Part shown: piece by piece, positions 61,581 through 64,000 of the stretch | Numbering within the stretch: position 1 is the stretch's first letter | How the letters are laid out: every line of letters starts with the position of its first letter | From: Leucoraja erinacea | Taxonomy: Eukaryota | DNA length: 64,000 nt | Assembly (NCBI RefSeq): GCF_028641065.1 | Contig: NC_073414.1 | Span: forward strand, 2,232,001-2,296,000 | Direction of reading: 5' to 3' | The notes under the pieces: model-generated | What the model was told of the DNA's origin: nothing | The model's input: the letters and a program-made list of their open reading frames with translations, nothing else | Databases searched by the model: none | Program-made: the position numbers and the translations under genes

Positions 61581-63494
61581 ATAGACATATTCTATAGGAT
61601 ATAGTATATAGGACAAATGATCGCAGGCCCAAAAGACAGCTGTTCTCTAACACACACTGAGTTTTCCCAGTATTTTTTCTTCGCACTACTATAACATATA
61701 ACATTATATCGGAAGGTTTCATAAATATAGAGATTTCACATGAAGCCAATTCAAAGTGTTGCAGCCAGATGGCAGTTTCTAAAAGCTCCAAGTGCTTAAC
61801 GATATTAAAGATGAGATTAAAGAGGAACACATAGCCATCATCAATCAGGGACAATGTGTGATGGGAGGGGTGGTCGTCTCAATCTCACTGCTTTGGAGAA
61901 ATCCTTCCCCTGGGCACTAATACAAAGACTCTGCCTAAAGCTTCTCAACCTTAGTGTAAAGAAAAAAACAGCGCTCTTCACATCTCCAATTACCCAGGTT
62001 CAATCTGCGTGGAGTTTGCATGTTGTCTCCGTGACTGTCTGTGTACTAAAGATAGACACAAAGCGCTGGAGTAACTCAGCGGGTCAGACAGCATCTCTGG
62101 AGAAAAAGGATGGGTGACATTTCGAGTTGAAATGAAGAAGGGTCTTGACCCGAAACGTCACCCATTTCTTCTCTCCAGAGATGCTATCTGACCCGCTAAG
62201 GTTTTTAATGTTCATACATTGTTATAATACAAAATAAATACCTTCTGGCATCTTATCCACTTTACACAGAACATACAGAGTGGACGGTAAAACTGTGGCT
62301 TCATAGACTTTCCATAAAACTCAACGTTTAAAAATATTAAAATGGGTATTAAGATAGAGCACACTGTTAGCAGCAATAAATCAAGGAGATTGAAGTGGAA
62401 GCTGGCATCAGACAGGCTCCGACTACAATCCTTTCTCCAGGCACCAATCCAAACACTCAGCTTAAAGCTTGTTAATCTCCAAAGCACTCAAGGGATCACT
62501 GGATCAGAAATCCTTTACATTTGCAGAGAAAAGTACTTTACACCAAAACCTCTCTCCCTCTTTCTCCCTCTCTCTCACCCCCCTCTATCTCTCTCTTTTT
62601 CCTTTTAGATCAGTTTAGAGATACAGTGTGGAAACAGGCCCCTACGGCTCACCGAGTCCGCACCGACCAGCAATCACCCTGTACACTAGTTCTATCCTGC
62701 ACACCAGGGACAATTTACAGAGGCCAATTAACCTGAAGATCTGCACGTTTTTGAATGTGGGAAGAAGCCGGAGGACCTGGAGAAAACCCACGTGGTCACA
62801 GGGAAAACGTACATATAGACTGTACCCATAGTCAGGATCGAACCCGGGACTCTCGCACTGGAAGGCAGCAACTCCACCGATGCGCCACTGTGCCAGCTCC
62901 GACCTCTCTACCTCTCCCTCTCTCGCATTATCTCTCTCCGTCCCTCAATTCCTCTATCTGTTCCTCCATCTCTACCTCTTGAAACAAGGAACTGCAGATG
63001 CTGGTTTACAAAAGAAAGACACAAAATGCTGGAGTAACTCTGCAAGTCTGGCAGCATCTCCGGAGAGCATGGATAGGTGACGTTACAGGTCGGGACCCTT
63101 CTTCAGACAGAGCAAATGTGGATGTTGAGTTGAACGAACTGTTCAAATCTCATCAGTTCAGATTCTAAATGGGGCCAAATAAGCGAGATTGAAAATCTAG
63201 TTAAATGCATGGGATGACTAGACCTCATTAAACCAACATTGGGTACAGTTTGATCCTCGCAAATCTATTCATTTACCAGCAAGACAATCTTTGTTAAGAT
63301 ATATGGAATTCAAGCAAACTGAAGATGCTGGAACTGAAACAAAAACAGAAAATGCTGGAAAAACACCGCAAGTCAGACAGACAAACAGATAACACTTTGT
63401 CCAAACTACCAAAGAAAGGGATGCAGGTTAGTTTACATTGAGAGAAGGTGGGGTAGAGATGTGTAGAGCAAAGGGAATGTCTATGATAAGTCTA

Positions 63495-63725
63495 TGGGCG
63501 GTCACGGTGGCGCAGTGATAGAGTTGCTGCCTTACAGCAAAATGCAGCAGCAGAGACCCGAGTTCCATCCCGACTATGGGTGCTGTCTGTATGGAGTTTG
63601 TACGTTCTCCCCATGATCTGTGTGGGTTTTCTCCGAGATCTTCGGATTCCTCCCACACTCCAAAAACGTACAGGTTTGTAGGTTGATTGCTTGATTAATT
63701 GGCTTGATAAATGTAAAAATTGTCC
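63495..63725 (+). mobile_element. V-SINE (HE1-like)
   Basis: GGGCGGTCACGGTGGCGCAGTGATAGAG head and V-domain. Confidence 0.85.
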
Positions 63726-64000
63726 AGTACAAAATTGGCCAACAGTGCTGAGTAATGCTCTACCTGGAGATTTTCAGCGTACTACATCCAGATCCAGGTG
63801 AGGTCCGAATGACTTAATCGAGACAGTTACCAGCACATTAATAAGATACTTCCACTTTGCAAAACTGAGTGCACCAGGTACGGACTGAACATAGCACAGA
63901 GTATTTATTGTGTTTGGAGCTGAGAGCAAGATCAGTTGAGGACACATTACTCAGACGTATGCCGACTCATTGGATGGGTCCCTCCCGTGGACATTGAACA

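Overview
Vertebrate genomic DNA, most likely a cartilaginous fish (skate/ray-like). This is inferred from the repeats: CR1/HER1-type LINEs, HE1-like V-SINEs, Penelope pieces and Rex1/Babar ends. Three spliced genes can be fully rebuilt with GT-AG introns and consistent phases: MRPL28 (minus, 5 coding exons, 253 aa), OPA3 (plus, 2 exons, 163 aa) and CCDC61 (minus, 13 coding exons, 544 aa). The first ~19 kb is a tandem array of a ~4.9 kb unit made of nested transposons: an RTE reverse-transcriptase fragment split by a CR1 LINE, which is split by a Harbinger-like MITE, which contains an unclassified inverted-repeat element with telomere-like ends. Also present are a 1.69 kb LTR element keeping only gag and protease, many Penelope-derived mini-elements with minimal hammerhead-ribozyme cores (often foldback insertions with long target-site duplications), a 43-bp promoter VNTR directly in front of OPA3, an AFC-like SINE, and two candidate first exons of unidentified genes. 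Family assignments are by eye and from memory; no searches were run.
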